The position numbers and the translations under genes are program-made. Below the pieces are notes generated by a model. The model made no database searches, was not told the DNA's origin, and saw only the letters and a program-made list of their open reading frames with translations. DNA of 64,000 nt from the human T2T-CHM13v2.0 reference genome, Homo sapiens, in the NCBI RefSeq assembly GCF_009914755.1, contig NC_060941.1; one strand, given 5' to 3'. Positions 12,841 to 26,180 of this stretch are shown here, in pieces (position 1 is the first letter of the stretch; the number at the start of each line of letters is the position of its first letter).

Positions 12841-13447
12841 GCAGTGCCCTCCAATGGAAGTAAAGTGTGAGTGAGCCACATGTGTAATTCTAAATTTTCT
12901 AGCAACCCCATTCTAAAAAGTAAAAATAAATAAGAATAATTTCAATAAGATATTTTGTTTAACCAATATATTCAAAATATTTTCATTTCAACATATAATC
13001 AACATTTTTAAAAGTATTAATGAGATTTTTCACTTTCTTGTTTCCACACTAAGCTTTCAAAGTCTAGTGTATGTCAGGTGTGGTGGTGGCTCGTGCCTGT
13101 AATCCCAGCGCTTTGAGAGGCTGAGTCAGGAGGATCACTTGAGCCTAGGAGTTCGAGATCAGCCTAGGCAACATGGAGAAACCTGGTCTCTACAAAAAAT
13201 ACAAAAATTAGGCCAGCATGGTGCCAGGCACCTGTGGTCCCAGCTACTTCGGAGGCTGGTGTGGGAGGATTGCTTGAGCCCAGGAGGTCAAGGCTGCCGT
13301 GAGCTGTGATTGGGCCACTGCACTTCAGTCTGGGCAACAGAGCAAGACCCTGTCTCAGATTTTTAAAATCCAGTGAATATTTCACACTCACAGCATATCT
13401 GCTCAATGCCTGCATGTGGCACATGGCTGCTGGACTGAAGGATGCTG
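12841..13447 (+). mobile_element. MER33 (hAT-Charlie) split by an AluJ
   Basis: 'gagccacatgtgtaattctaaattttctagc...aaccaatatattcaaaatattttcatttcaacatataatcaa' resumes after the Alu with 'ttcacactcacagcatatct'. Confidence 0.8.
13072..13360 (+). mobile_element. AluJ
   Basis: J diagnostics 'ggaggattgcttgagcccaggaggtcaaggctgc'; almost no A tail; decayed TSD aaagtctagtgtat/aaaatccagtgaat. Confidence 0.92.
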
Positions 13448-13479
13448 AGATGAAGCTGAATTCCTAACCACTGTTCCCT

Positions 13480-14450
13480 GCTACTTCCCACCTACCTGTG
13501 TCTGGATCTGTGCTAGACACTGAGGACACAAACAGGATCCAGCCACGGTCCCTTCAAGGAAGCTACAGTTTGTTGGGGTAGACACACGTGGCATAGCAAC
13601 ACATTATAGTAAATGCTGGTGACCTAAGATGTGATGAGATTATGATAAGAACGTAGTGTTGTATCACTGTACAGAAGGAGAATCTTGAGGGTAGGGGTCT
13701 TCAGGAAGCCAGAGAAAGCTTCCAGAAATCAGAGGCCTGCCTGAGGTTTGAATAGAAGTAAGCCAGGTAAGAGGTAGGGAATAGCACGTGCTAAGGTCCA
13801 GCAGTGGGGAGGTGGACAGCAAATCCCTGAGAATGCAGGCAGCTCATTTGGAAGGGCTGGAGTCAGGAGTCAGGAGGGGCAGGGTCTTGAAAGCCCAGGC
13901 TGCAGAGTGGAACGAACACATAAGCCTGCATTAAAAGGGTCTGGACTTGACCTAGAGGAACATAGGGAGACATAGGGAAGAAGGATTTTAAAGGAGAAAG
14001 TGATAGACTCAGATGTGCATCTGAGAAGCAAGGCTAGAGGGGCTAATACTGGTGGGATTGGTGGCCTTAGCAGGGACAGAGGAGGGGAGGAAATCAAGTC
14101 AACAAGACTTAGTAGCCATGCATGCTGGAGACTGAGCAGAAGATCTGACCCCTGGGTTTCTGGTGGGGCTAATGGCTGGACAGTGGGGCCACTGGCTGGA
14201 CAGTGGGGCCATTTTTTGAGGAGAAGGAACTCAGAGGGATGGCAATAGGTTGAGGGAAGAGGAGGCTAAGTTTAGATTCCTGTGTAATGAGTTTTGTGGA
14301 AGCAGGGAAATGAGAGGCCTGGATGGATGCGCCTTAGGATAGCATGGAAGGCTGGCAGGGCTGGAGGTACAGATCAGCACTTCAGTGGATGAATGGTCAC
14401 GTGGATGGGTGGCAGAACTCCTGGACCCTGCCATTTTTAGAAGACACACA
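13480..14450 (-). mobile_element. L2 LINE fragment
   Basis: Purine-rich antisense L2 text ('tgctagacactgaggacaca', 'ggaatagcacgtgctaagg', 'ctggaggtacagat'). Confidence 0.65.
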
Positions 14451-14707
14451 GGATGTGGGCACAGTTCTCCTGTTGTTACATGTGGTTAGGTGGAAGGAAG
14501 GAAGTGCCCTAGGGACTTAGGGCCAAGGAGATCATATTAATAAGGGATCACAAATTGTCTATGTTCACTCAATTAATCTGTGTTAACAGAATTAGGGAGT
14601 AGACAATTGAGGCCCAGAGAGGTTAAGTGATTTGTCCTAAAGCACACAGCCAGGTAGTGGTCAAGCTGAGGCAAGAATCGAAGTCCTCTGACTCTAACTC
14701 CAGTGTC

Positions 14708-14755
14708 CATTCATCCATCCATCCATCCATCCATCCATCCATCCATCCATCCATT
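14708..14755. repeat. (TCCA)n microsatellite
   Basis: ~11 catc/tcca units. Confidence 0.95.
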
Positions 14756-15048
14756 CAGCAGCTGCTTATTGAGCACTTACTACCTGCAATGCACTAGGTG
14801 CTGGGGATGCATAGTCAAGTAATGATGTTCTGTGTCCAGGATTAAAGGAAAAGGTAGGGCCTGGCAGTAGGGAGGGGTAAGTGTGTGAACAAGACCTGAT
14901 GGCAGGAGCTACTGCACAAGGCACTGAGGAGGGGGCTTGAGTGAGCCGTGAATCCAGTCTGTGGGGCAGGCAGCAGTGAGCTTACTGTCCTGCACTGGCC
15001 TCATGGACCTAGATGCCTCATCTTTCCACACCATGCACAACTCCATCT

Positions 15049-15414
15049 GGCCTCTTATCCCAGCACACAGCCCACAGTGCTGTCACCTTGCTAAGATCTG
15101 TCTCCTCCATGTGCCCAAGAATCCCACAAGGCAGCATTGGGCCTGTGTGTATCCCAGAGACCAGCACAGACTCTCTGTATCTGTGATGGGAGATAACTCT
15201 GGGAAGATGGGTCTAGACCAGATAATAGATGGTCTTGAATGTTCAAGTAAGGAGTTTGGTCTTGACTTGGTAGGGACTAGGGAGCCGCCGAAAGTTCTTG
15301 AGCAGGGTAGTGAGGTGCCCAGATTTGCCTTTCTGCAATCTCCTGAATCAGGCTCCATTGCCTTTTCTCTGATCTCCCAAACTGTTCTCAGCTCAGTGCC
15401 TGTACCTAAGCCAG
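15049..15414 (+). repeat. Chimeric local duplication: copy of 12282-12389 fused to copy of 19292-19540
   Basis: Manual alignment gives ~90% identity for each half. Confidence 0.9.
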
Positions 15415-15969
15415 CAGAGGACCCAGGAGGGCATGAAGAAGCCCCATTGAAGTAACCAGGCCCTCTCATGCCCTGTTCTGCACAGCACCTCTCTCTGTGG
15501 CTTGCCCTGCTGTAGGATGAATGCGGGCAGAAACAAGGTCCAGCACTTGGAAGCAGGGGAGCTGGATTTGAGAACTCACACTGTGGCTTCACCTCCGTGT
15601 CCTCATCTGTGCAGCAAGGAGGCTAGACTGGAACTGCCCCTCCCCATCCCAGATGGGCCTTGGAGTCACCTCACAGCTTGTCAGTCACACAGATGCCTGA
15701 GCCCAGGCCTGGGGAACTGCTCCTTCCAGAAAAAGAGACTGGTCGGGCTTGGGAAGCAGGACCTTGTGTGACCTCAGAGGACACCAGGATCAGAAGAGGA
15801 GGGTGGGAGGCTGTCCAACCCAAACCTTAAAATCCATGGGCTTTCTCACCCTCCCACCTTGTCATTGGAATCCCTGTTTCATGCATAAGCAAGTTCAGGG
15901 GTGCACCGGTCCACATCCAGGGCAAGCCATCACCCTGGCAAGCCCATTTTCAAAGGACCATGTTGCCTT

Positions 15970-16070
15970 CCAGGTTTTCCAGACACAGAGAAATAAAACA
16001 CAAGATGTCTGGCTAAATTAGAATTTCAGATAAACAGCTAATAATTTTTTTAGTAGAAGAATGTGTCATT
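15970..16070 (+). mobile_element. MER53 fragment
   Basis: 'aaataaaacacaagatgtctggctaaattagaatttcagataaacagctaataattttttt'. Confidence 0.65.
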
Positions 16071-17744
16071 TTACATGTTGGGTCCAACAATTAGATGTAA
16101 GGATCTCCTAAGCCTCTGGGCTTGGGGCCAAAAGAGAGGCCGTCCCCTGGAATTCTCGCTTACTGCCTGGGTGAGGTGAGCAGGGAGAGGCTGTTTCAGA
16201 TTGAAACATGTGTAGATGGTTTTTGAACAAGGGTCTGGGTGTCAGCTTCAAGCAGCCTGCAGCACTGGCTTCTAGTAAGCCAGTCACTGACTCAGTCACC
16301 TCAAATCCCTTTATCACCCCAACTGCCAGCCCAGGCTCCAACAGCCCACAAGCCACAGAGCAGGGCTATTCAGAGAGGAAGGGCCTGGATGGGAAGACAA
16401 GCTCATTAGGACAAGGCTTTCGTGTTACCAACTGGAGGACCTGCCTCAGCTAGACCCAGGCCCAGAGCCCTGGACACAGGAGGAGGAGCCCCTCAGGGAC
16501 CCCTGCAGCAGCTGGTTCCCACCCCCAGAATGATAGGCCATAGAGCAAGGCCCAGACCCAGTCCAGGTCAGGACTGAGAAGGAGTTCAAGATCAGTCATC
16601 AGCCGTAGGCGACTGAGTCATTCCCTCTCATCCCACATGCCATCCCTAAATACAGACATGCACACACGCATACATTCCCAGCACTGTGCAGCACATCCGG
16701 CCCCCTGCTCTCCCAAGCTAACAGGTGCCTCACTGCTTGGAGATTGAAAGCTGGTAAGCAGTGAGGCTGCCAGCCCCTCCCACATCCCCCACAGCCATCA
16801 CCTTCGAGCCACACGGCTGCTGCCACAGCCACCAGCTAATTAGCTGCGGGGTAACGAGGGGCCCACGCTCCTGAAGGCAGGCACTGCGTTCTGGGACATT
16901 AGCTTCCTATTAGGAGCCACTTTCCACTGCAAACACAAACAGCCCCGGAGGAGGACTGGCAGGGTAGAGGCTGGCCTGGGGTGGGGAAGAAGCAGCATGC
17001 TTCAGGAAGCCTTTTATTAACTCTCTAATCCATTCCAGATGCTGCAGGGTGCCTGGCCTGGGAGCCCTGGAAAGGGGTAAAGGACGTAGGGAAAAGATAT
17101 GAGATTCAAGAGAAAATCTTAGATTAGATAAATGTGAGTGCAAGAGAAACATCTGGGTTGTCCAGTTGGGGAAAATGAGGCCTAACGTCCAGATGTGGTG
17201 GGGATGGGACAGCTTCTGCTGATTTAGCTTCAGCTCAGACTGGGAGCCCTGATGATCCCTTATCTGGTTAATGGGTTTATCCTGGGAGGCGGGTGGGGCT
17301 GGCAGGAGCCGGGCAGGGCAGAAGGTACCCCCCTAGCTGGAATGGCTGTCTCATCTCAGGCAGAGACCAGAGAGGCTGGAAGGCAGGCTCCCCTAAAGTT
17401 GAACAATATTTCCTTCTCACTCGAGAGACTGAAGGCTACAAGAGGGAGTGCCTAGCAGCTGCTGACAACCCAGCCCCCAGGGCATGCCCAGATGTGGATG
17501 CACCACTGGAGGTGAATGTCTTCATAAGCACAGACACAGCAGCACGCATGGCTCTGCACACTCATGTCATGCACAGACACATGCCTACCACTCAGGAGAC
17601 CATCAGCCTGACTCTCGCACACACACGCACACACACACTAACAGCAGTAGGGGTGGGGGGACCTGAAGCAGCAGCACTGCCCCCGGCAGCCCCCAGAACC
17701 ACCACCTGGTCTCTGCCCCTGACCAAGCCAGGATGAGGCCCAGC

Positions 17745-18750
<1,006 letters not shown>

Positions 18751-19169
18751 CTGAGATCAGATCTAAAGCCTCAGACCCTCTCTGAGGCTCATGTCCAGGG
18801 TCCTCATACCTCCCTCAGCAGGCAGAGACCAAGGACACGGGGGATAAAGGATGGAAACTGGTTTGCAAGCAGAAGAGCCCATTACCCAGGTGCGATGAGG
18901 TCATTACTGCTGAGAACGATGCTGGAGGCTATGGCTCAAGAATTGAGGGGGTGTAAAGGTCCAAGCACCCAAGCCAGGTACTTGGCACACGTTATCTGTG
19001 AGGCGGGCCTTGACATACTCTTTGCCAGGTAGGGAATGCAGGGGAATGAGGATCTGGCAGGTTAAGTAACTTGAGTCCAAGTTTATCTGGATCCAATCCC
19101 CTTCATCTTTCTAAGACCGCACTTGCCCTCAGGAAAGGTTCCAGCGAGGAGAGGGTATTTGCAACAAGA

Positions 19170-19470
19170 TAAAGGACAAAGACCTTTCCAGTAGGTAGAG
19201 ATGGAAGGAGAACAGCATCCCAGCTGAGGAAATAGTGTGAACAAAGGCATGGAAATTGTGTTCAAGTAGCATGACCTCTAGCTTTTCTGGGAGCATAGAC
19301 TCCGTGTAGCTGTGATGGGAGATAACCCTGGGAAGATGGGTGTAGACCAGATAATAGATGGATGACCTTGAATGTTCATGTAAGGAGTTTGGTCTTGACT
19401 TGGTAGGGACTAGGAAGCCACTGGAAGTCCTTGAGGAGGGTAGTGAGGTGTCCAGATCTGCCTTTCTGCA
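19170..19470 (-). mobile_element. L2 fragment (donor segment B of the chimeric insert overlaps it)
   Basis: 'aggaaatagtgtgaacaaaggcatgga...taaggagtttggtcttgacttggtagg...aagccactggaag'. Confidence 0.65.
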
Positions 19471-20414
19471 GTTTCCTGAATCAGGCTCCACTGCCTTTTC
19501 TCTAATCTCCCAATCAGCTCACCACCTGCACCTAAGCCAGGCCTCTTTCTGGGGCTGGTGCTGTCGAGGAATTTCTCCCAGCCTCCCCAAGTAGTTTTCA
19601 AGCCATAATTAATTGCACAGTAACGAGGATCTAATTGCCTTCCCCCTGCCAGCACCCCAGAGATGACGGGCTGTACCTGGAAGAAGGTGTGTTCAGAAAA
19701 AAACAAGTTAATTAACACTGTGAACAAAGAGGCTGTTAATTGCATTGCTTCTAGGACTTGGGAAGACATTTTTCAGGAATGGGAGTCAACTGCCTTGGGC
19801 TCATTAGGGAAAACCACGGTTCTCTGTTGAAGAGGTCTGTCTCCCCTCCTCCCCCACAAATGAACTGCAATAACAGCCAAACTGACTGCAGAATGAAGGC
19901 CTCCACTTTTTTCTGGGAGAGCCAAGGACCCAGGAATCTTCTTGTCCTCATGTTATGGGTGGATAAAGTGAGACCAAAAAGGACACAAAGATCTGGTGGT
20001 TTGGCAGCTTGGACTCCCTTCCACGTTGCCCACGTCTACTGTCAATCTGACAAGGAAAGTGGAAAGGACAGGGCTGGACTAGGGCGGATTCTTCCTCAAA
20101 GTTCTGGCCACTTATGGAGGAGGAAGTGTTCAAAGAAGTGGGGAAGGACCCCGGCCCTCGGCCCCAAAAGAGAGTCAGAAAATCCTCCTGGGGGACCACC
20201 ATCCTGGCCTGGGCTACAACCTTCTATTCTGGGGTCTGCATACCTCACTGGGAAGCCTGGCAGGCAACAGAAGGGTTTGGGCATCTGTGCTTGGGCAGCT
20301 GTCTCAGCCTGGCCGTTCTGGGAACATGTGGCTCTGAGACCACTCTCTTCACAGCCAACCTACAGCAAGTCCCTGAGCAGGAGCTGGGCTCCAATTGCTC
20401 CATCTAGACTCTAA

Positions 20415-20604
20415 AGAACCAGACAGAAAATATTTCACACTTGGCAGGCCTTACAATTTCTATACCAACTACTTACCTCTGCCGCTGTAGAGGGAATATT
20501 GCATCGGCCATATAGCAACAAATGGGCTGTGTTCCAATAAAACTTTATGGACAAAATAGGTGGTGGGCTGGACTTGCCCACAGGCTGGAGTTTTCCAATT
20601 CCTG
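20415..20604 (+). mobile_element. MER58A
   Basis: 'caactacttacctctgcc...ggctgtgttccaataaaactttatggacaaaa...gctggacttgcccacagg'. Confidence 0.85.
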
Positions 20605-21794
20605 GTTGAATGAAAACTCCCTGGAGGCAGCAACAGGACAATGCCTCCTATGAATCCTCCCATCCCTAGCACAGGGAAGCACTGGTGAAAAGTTTGCTCC
20701 ATGAGAAAAGCAGACAGTAAAAGAAGGTCTGACAGCGAGCACGTGGGGAAGAGGGCGAGCACTTGAGTCTCTTGGATTGAAAGCCCTGAGCACCATGCCT
20801 CCTGTGTTCCTTTGGTTCCATCCACGGACTTAGCATCAATCCTGGCATTGGTGGCAAATCTTCCTCCTCCTTGACATTAGAACAGCATGGGAGGGCACTG
20901 CCCATATTGTTGGCTACTCCCCAAAGAGGCCTGTGAGGCCCAGCCCCAGAAGTCCCCACCCCACCACATTCACCTCCTGCAACACCTTCCATGGTTGACT
21001 GTCCAGAGGAAGGCTACCACCCTTTTGAAACCTGCTGGCCTAGAAGCTTCTGGGCCTGGAGCCCTGGCTTGATCTCCCCATGGGCAGGCTGCCTCTGGGA
21101 GGCTCTTCCACTGGTTTCTCTCCCCAGGCAGATGATCCCATGGCAAGGGAGGGTGGGCGAGAGGTCCTGGAAGGGCAGGCACTCTGGGGAAATCCACAGA
21201 GAGCGATGGATGAAGGGAAAGCCCAAGCAGCTGGACCCAGGAGAGCCTGGCTGCAGGCCTGCAGCCAAGGCAGGAGGGAGGGACAGGCACCGCTGGCAGG
21301 GGCTTGGCTCTGAGGAAGGGATCAGGGCTCTGCAGGAGCTGGAGAAAGTGTCCAGGGATCCCAATTCTAAAAGCGCGTATTTGCAGGAAAGGCTCCAGGA
21401 CAAGGTGGAAGCATGAATGGAACACTGATCAAAGACTGGAATCAGAGCCAGAGGTGGGAGAGAATCCAACAGGCTGCCTTCATGCTAGGGATGGGCCCTG
21501 CTAGTCTCAGACTACTCCAACTGCCCCAGAGCCAAGAGGTTCTGCCAACAGGCCAGTGAGTATAGAGGGAAGGGAGGTCAAGAGAAGAGTGAGCAGATAG
21601 ACAGAATCCAGAAGACATCAGGGTAGGGCTACTCCCAAGGAAGATAAGGCCTTTCCTGGACACCTTGGAGAACCCTGCCCCATTTATCCTCCTCAGAGGA
21701 GAGGAAACAGCAATAACTTGTGTTGTGAACATTCCATTTGAGAAGCATCACACCAGACTGGGAGAACACAAAGTTCTTGGAAAATGTTACTAAT

Positions 21795-22010
21795 ATTGAG
21801 TATTCTGGAGGGCCAGGCACTGCCATCATGTTTTACATGCATTATCTCATTTACACCTCTGGAATAACCTTATAAAGTGAGTGTTTTATTCCCATTTTAC
21901 AGATGAGAAAACTGAGGTTCCAGGATATATTAAATCATCTTCTCGCATCCAACAAAGCCAACAAATAGCAAGGTTGGACTCAAACCCAGTTCTGTTCAAC
22001 TCCCACATAT
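21795..22010 (-). mobile_element. MIR fragment
   Basis: 'ttttacatgcattatctcattta...cccattttacagatgagaaaactgagg'. Confidence 0.8.
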
Positions 22011-22509
22011 TTCCTGCATGCCCAGGAATGAGATTCCAATCACTTAACAACCAGCATGGATGTCAACCAAGCAAAATGGATGCCACATGTAAACAATATG
22101 TACAGCTGAACTGAGAGGCCCCAGGCAACTCCCACATGGGATCGCCAGACGCTGCCTCCCCACAACCCCAAACCCCAAACATACAGCGCAACCCATCTAA
22201 AATACAAACAGCAAACCATCCTGACGTTGTCTCCACTGATGAGGAAAGGGACTCAAAACTCAATGAGTCTGAAACCCCAGTGTCCCCCAATCAAACAAGC
22301 TCACTATCGAGGGATCCCATCCCAGATCAGATCAGCAGAGACCTTTTAAGAGCATCTCGCCCAACTCCCTTACTTTACAGACAAGAAAACCTACGTCGAG
22401 AGGGGGGAAGTGACTGGCCCAAGGTCACACAGCAAACTGGTGGCTGATCCTAGTCCCAAGAAACAGAAACACCCATTCCCACCGCTCAGTTCCATCCGTG
22501 TGCACGCTG

Positions 22510-22950
22510 CTGGTAGTGCTACAACTTGAGTCTCTCCTTGCAAAAAGCAATCTGGCAATGTGGAATATGAGCTACAAAACTGTTTATACCCTTTGACCTG
22601 TTAATTCTCCTTTTGGGAATAAACCCTTGGGAATAATCCAAAGAAAAAGAAAAAAAAAAAGTAATTTGACAAAGATGTGCGTGGCAGCACTGTTTGCAAA
22701 ATTGGAAATTTGGCCACCACCCAAATGCCCAACAATAGCAGTAAGCAAACAGTGGTTATATTAATGTGCTGTAGTTATTAAAAATGACAGCTCTGTAGAC
22801 TAAGTGAGTACACTAGAAACATTCATGTAAGATACCGTTAAGTGGGAAAAGCAGAAAATGTCTTCACACGTTGGTTATAACGAAGCAAAACAAGTAAGTG
22901 TGTTAACAAAGGCTGGAAGAGATGAGGAGAGATGAAAATGGCTTATTGTT
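22510..22950 (+). mobile_element. Old L1 (L1M-type) ORF2 end/3'UTR fragment
   Basis: 'gcaatctggcaat...atacccttgacctg...aattctccttttgggaat...cccaaatgcccaacaatag'. Confidence 0.65.
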
Positions 22951-23809
22951 CAATTGGACAATTTTTTTTCCACTGAACGTTATTTAGTGTCAAAAATCAT
23001 TAAAGATTTTAAAGTTATCCAACAGTGATGGAGAATTAGCAATCGGAGAACAATATTGCATTCAAATCCACCCAGCAGAGTCCTAAATCCCACCCATCTC
23101 CCTCCCATACTCCACAACTTCCCTGGAGACCTGCAGAGAGATCAGCATCTGTCTCCCTCGAACCATCTTTTCAGAAAGATGTCAACAAAATGTTTTGGTC
23201 ATAAGTGGCGTTAGGAAGTTATTCTAGATGTCTAGCCATCTCCTTGAGACTTTAGCAGGAGTAAAAATAGGTTCCACTGAAGCATCTTGGCCATGGAGAT
23301 GCAACCAAAGAAATGGAACCAAAAGTAAGAGAAAAGTGGAGAAATGAAGAGAAGGTGAGACAGAGAAACTGGGGAGGAGATGGTGAATATCAAGCTTCAT
23401 CGAAGTGCAATTGAGAGAAATTAGATGCATAGTTGGTTCCAGGCCCAGGAGGAATTATGAAAATCCTTCTGAGCAGAGGGAGCCTACATATACATATAGC
23501 TACATATAAGCAGAGATATGTAGCCTACAAAGCCGAGCAGAGGTGCTGTATTTGCAGGAGAATTGGAAGACAGGCGACAGGCGCTGGTTAAGCTGAGTAA
23601 AGAACAAGGGGAATCCATTGGAGAAATCCTGAGAGAGGGACAGACCATCTCCTTGTAGCCCCCTCAATTCCTTCCTTCCAATGGAATCATACCAAAATTC
23701 ATGGCTGTGAACCTGGTGCAACCCTATCATCCAAGGTCTTTTAGTCATTCCACCACTACCACCACATCAAACTCATGACAGCCAATGTCCTTAAGCAGAG
23801 GAGGGAACA

Positions 23810-23990
23810 GTTCTTTATTGAGCAATGCTGTGAGCCACTCACTCAGTCATACCTTGTGATGTCCATACTGTGATCCCCACTTTACAGATGGAAAAACTGA
23901 GGCTCAAGAAGATAATCAAGGTCACACTGGTAAATGACAGAGCCTGGATTCAAACTTGCCACTGCGTTTCTCACCGTACCACATTCTACG
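23810..23990 (-). mobile_element. MIR fragment
   Basis: 'tttacagatggaaaaactgaggctcaag...aaggtcacac...agagcctggattcaaac'. Confidence 0.75.
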
Positions 23991-24289
23991 AAAAGAAATA
24001 ACCCTACCAAGGGTAGGCAGGATTCCGGGAAAATCGTGATATGGCCCACTTCTTTAGGCCTTTGTGCCAGTCGAATCAAGGCTAACTATGGCCAGAATAA
24101 CCATCAAGAGTTTCACCATTGGTAACAGCAGAAATTAGACAAGTTATAGGGGAAAGAAGCTTCTGGAGGGAGGGGGAGCTCTTAAAGTGGCCATCTGAAC
24201 TCACCTCTGGTTATAGTTAAACTTAGGTCATCGTCATTCTTGGAAAAAGAGGAAGGCACCCACCATTGTGAATGTGGTTGTTGTACCCT

Positions 24290-24990
24290 GTTAGGCTGGG
24301 CCAGCTTTGGGGCTGACTGTTTAGAAAGAAGGGTGTGTGTACCTGCAACACAAGGCCCAACATCATAGACAAGCCAATGAAGGGACCACCATGCTTGCTG
24401 GCCATTGCACTAGGAGACCTGCACCACATGACCAGGTCACAGCTGACTGAACCAGGTGCAGGCTCCTTGGAGGTGGGCAAGCTGGGAAAGTCCTAACAGG
24501 GCTGGGCTAAGCTAGTCAGATTCTTTCTTTGCAGAATTTTAACTGGAAAATACACCAAGGAGGTAAAGAAGTGCAAGCCAAGGCCATGAGGCTGCCAGGG
24601 GCCACAAGGGACCAGGAGTGACTAGAAGTTAAAGGTAAATAGAAACGACAAGAACATTGAGAAGAAGAGAAAGCTGCTGATAGCAGGAGAAACAGACAGA
24701 CCCAGAAAGGAGCCACCACCATGCAGGGCACAGCTGAGCCATATTCATGATGTCTCACTCAGCAGAGAGACACACAGCAAGGCTCAGTGCTGCTGGGGGA
24801 ACAAGGAAACACCAAAGCCAATAGTCACCTTGGATCCTGACTTTTTTTCCTGGATCCCATGACCGATGCCTGAATCCTGTACTTCCCATGGGATTCCCAC
24901 TTATCCTGCTGTTGGAGCCTTACAGTAAGGTCCATTTGTTGAGGAACTTGAGTGAACGTCTCTGTTTTTACAGTCTAAAGGTCTGAACAC
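24290..24990. mobile_element. Ancient LTR-like element (family uncertain)
   Basis: LTR-like text 'ggtcacagctgactgaaccagg...tcagattctttctttgcagaattt' ending 'gtctctgtttttacagtctaaaggtctgaacaca'. Confidence 0.35.
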
Positions 24991-25172
24991 AGAACCGAGA
25001 ATTGGGTTACATGCCCTTCCAAACATTCCCACAGCACTGCATACCTCCCCATCATAGGCCAGTATGACAATGCCTGCTTATCTGGTTGTCTCTCTCTCTA
25101 GACTCTAAGCTCCACGAGATGCTAGAGTCACCAACCACCATTTTATTCCCAGAATCTAACAGTATCTGGCGC

Positions 25173-25225
25173 GAAGGAAGGAAGGAAGGGAGGAAGGGAG
25201 GGAGGGAGGGAGGGGAGGGGAGGAA
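25173..25225. repeat. (GGAA)n/(GGGA)n purine tract
   Basis: Read directly. Confidence 0.9.
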
Positions 25226-25633
25226 AAAGTGACACATGAGTTTGTGTTGCTAACAGCCAGTCCCGCACATGGTCACATGGACCAAGAGCTGAAGTTGATC
25301 TTCATTCTCTTCAAACTAATCACTCCCTGAGCCAGAGCTAGCTATCCAAGCTGAGTTTCTCACTGGTCACCACTAGTATATTAGGGGAAATGGTTCTTCA
25401 TCAGCTGGGATGTCCAGCACATTGCAGGATATTTAGCATCCCTGGTCCCCTCCTAATACCAGGAGTTCCCCCCAATCCCGGCCACTGTGAAAACTCAAAG
25501 CACCCCACGCATTTCTATTTCTGAATGCCCTTCTGGGCACTTCGTCTCTAGTTCCTTTGATCATGTCTTGCTCTCTTGGAAAATATTGCAATGGTGCTAT
25601 GTTTTTTATAGAATAATTGTAATAATAATGGCT

Positions 25634-25930
25634 GACCAAGCAAGTGGCTCACACCTATAATCCCAGTACTTTATGAGGCTGAGGCAGGAGGATCACTTGA
25701 GCACATGAGTTGGAGACCAGCCTGGGCAATGTAGTGAGATGATGTCTCTCCAAAAACGTTTTTTTTTTTAATTAGCCAGGCATGGTGGCACATTCCTGGC
25801 TAATTCCAACTATTCAGGAGTCTGAGGCCTGAGGATAGCTTGAGCCCAGGAGTTCAAGGTTACAGTGAACTACGATCACACCACTGCACACCAACCTGGT
25901 GAACAGAGTGAGACCCCCTCCCTCTAATAA
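25634..25930 (+). mobile_element. AluJ
   Basis: Diverged J-type Alu; TSD taataataatggct/taataataatgact. Confidence 0.9.
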
Positions 25931-25944
25931 TAATAATAATGACT

Positions 25945-26180
25945 AACATCCATAGAGCACCTTCTCTATGCCAGGCACTATTCTAAACACTTTATATGCA
26001 TTAATTCACTTGAACCTCATAGAAACCTTTATTATAAAGTGGATACTGCTGTTATCCCCATTTTACAGATGAGGAAACCAAGGCTCAGAAAAGTCAAGCA
26101 ACATGCCCCAGAGCATAGTCCATAAGTGGCAGAGCTGGGATTCAAACCTATATGGTTCCAACTCTGGAGCCTATTATACT
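25945..26180 (-). mobile_element. MIR
   Basis: 'ctatgccaggcactattctaaacacttta...ccccattttacagatgaggaaacc...agtggcagagctgggattcaaacc'. Confidence 0.85.

Noticed and set aside
15057-15414. Chimeric insert as a retrocopy of a spliced transcript
   Set aside because: The nearest GT (12389) and AG (19292) would give a junction one base different from the one observed, and there is no poly-A or TSD.
20991-21416. ORF ending GIRALQELEKVSRDPNSKSAYLQERLQDKVEA, which looks protein-like
   Set aside because: I recognise no homologue and see no clear splice acceptor; a BLASTX or PhyloCSF test would be needed.
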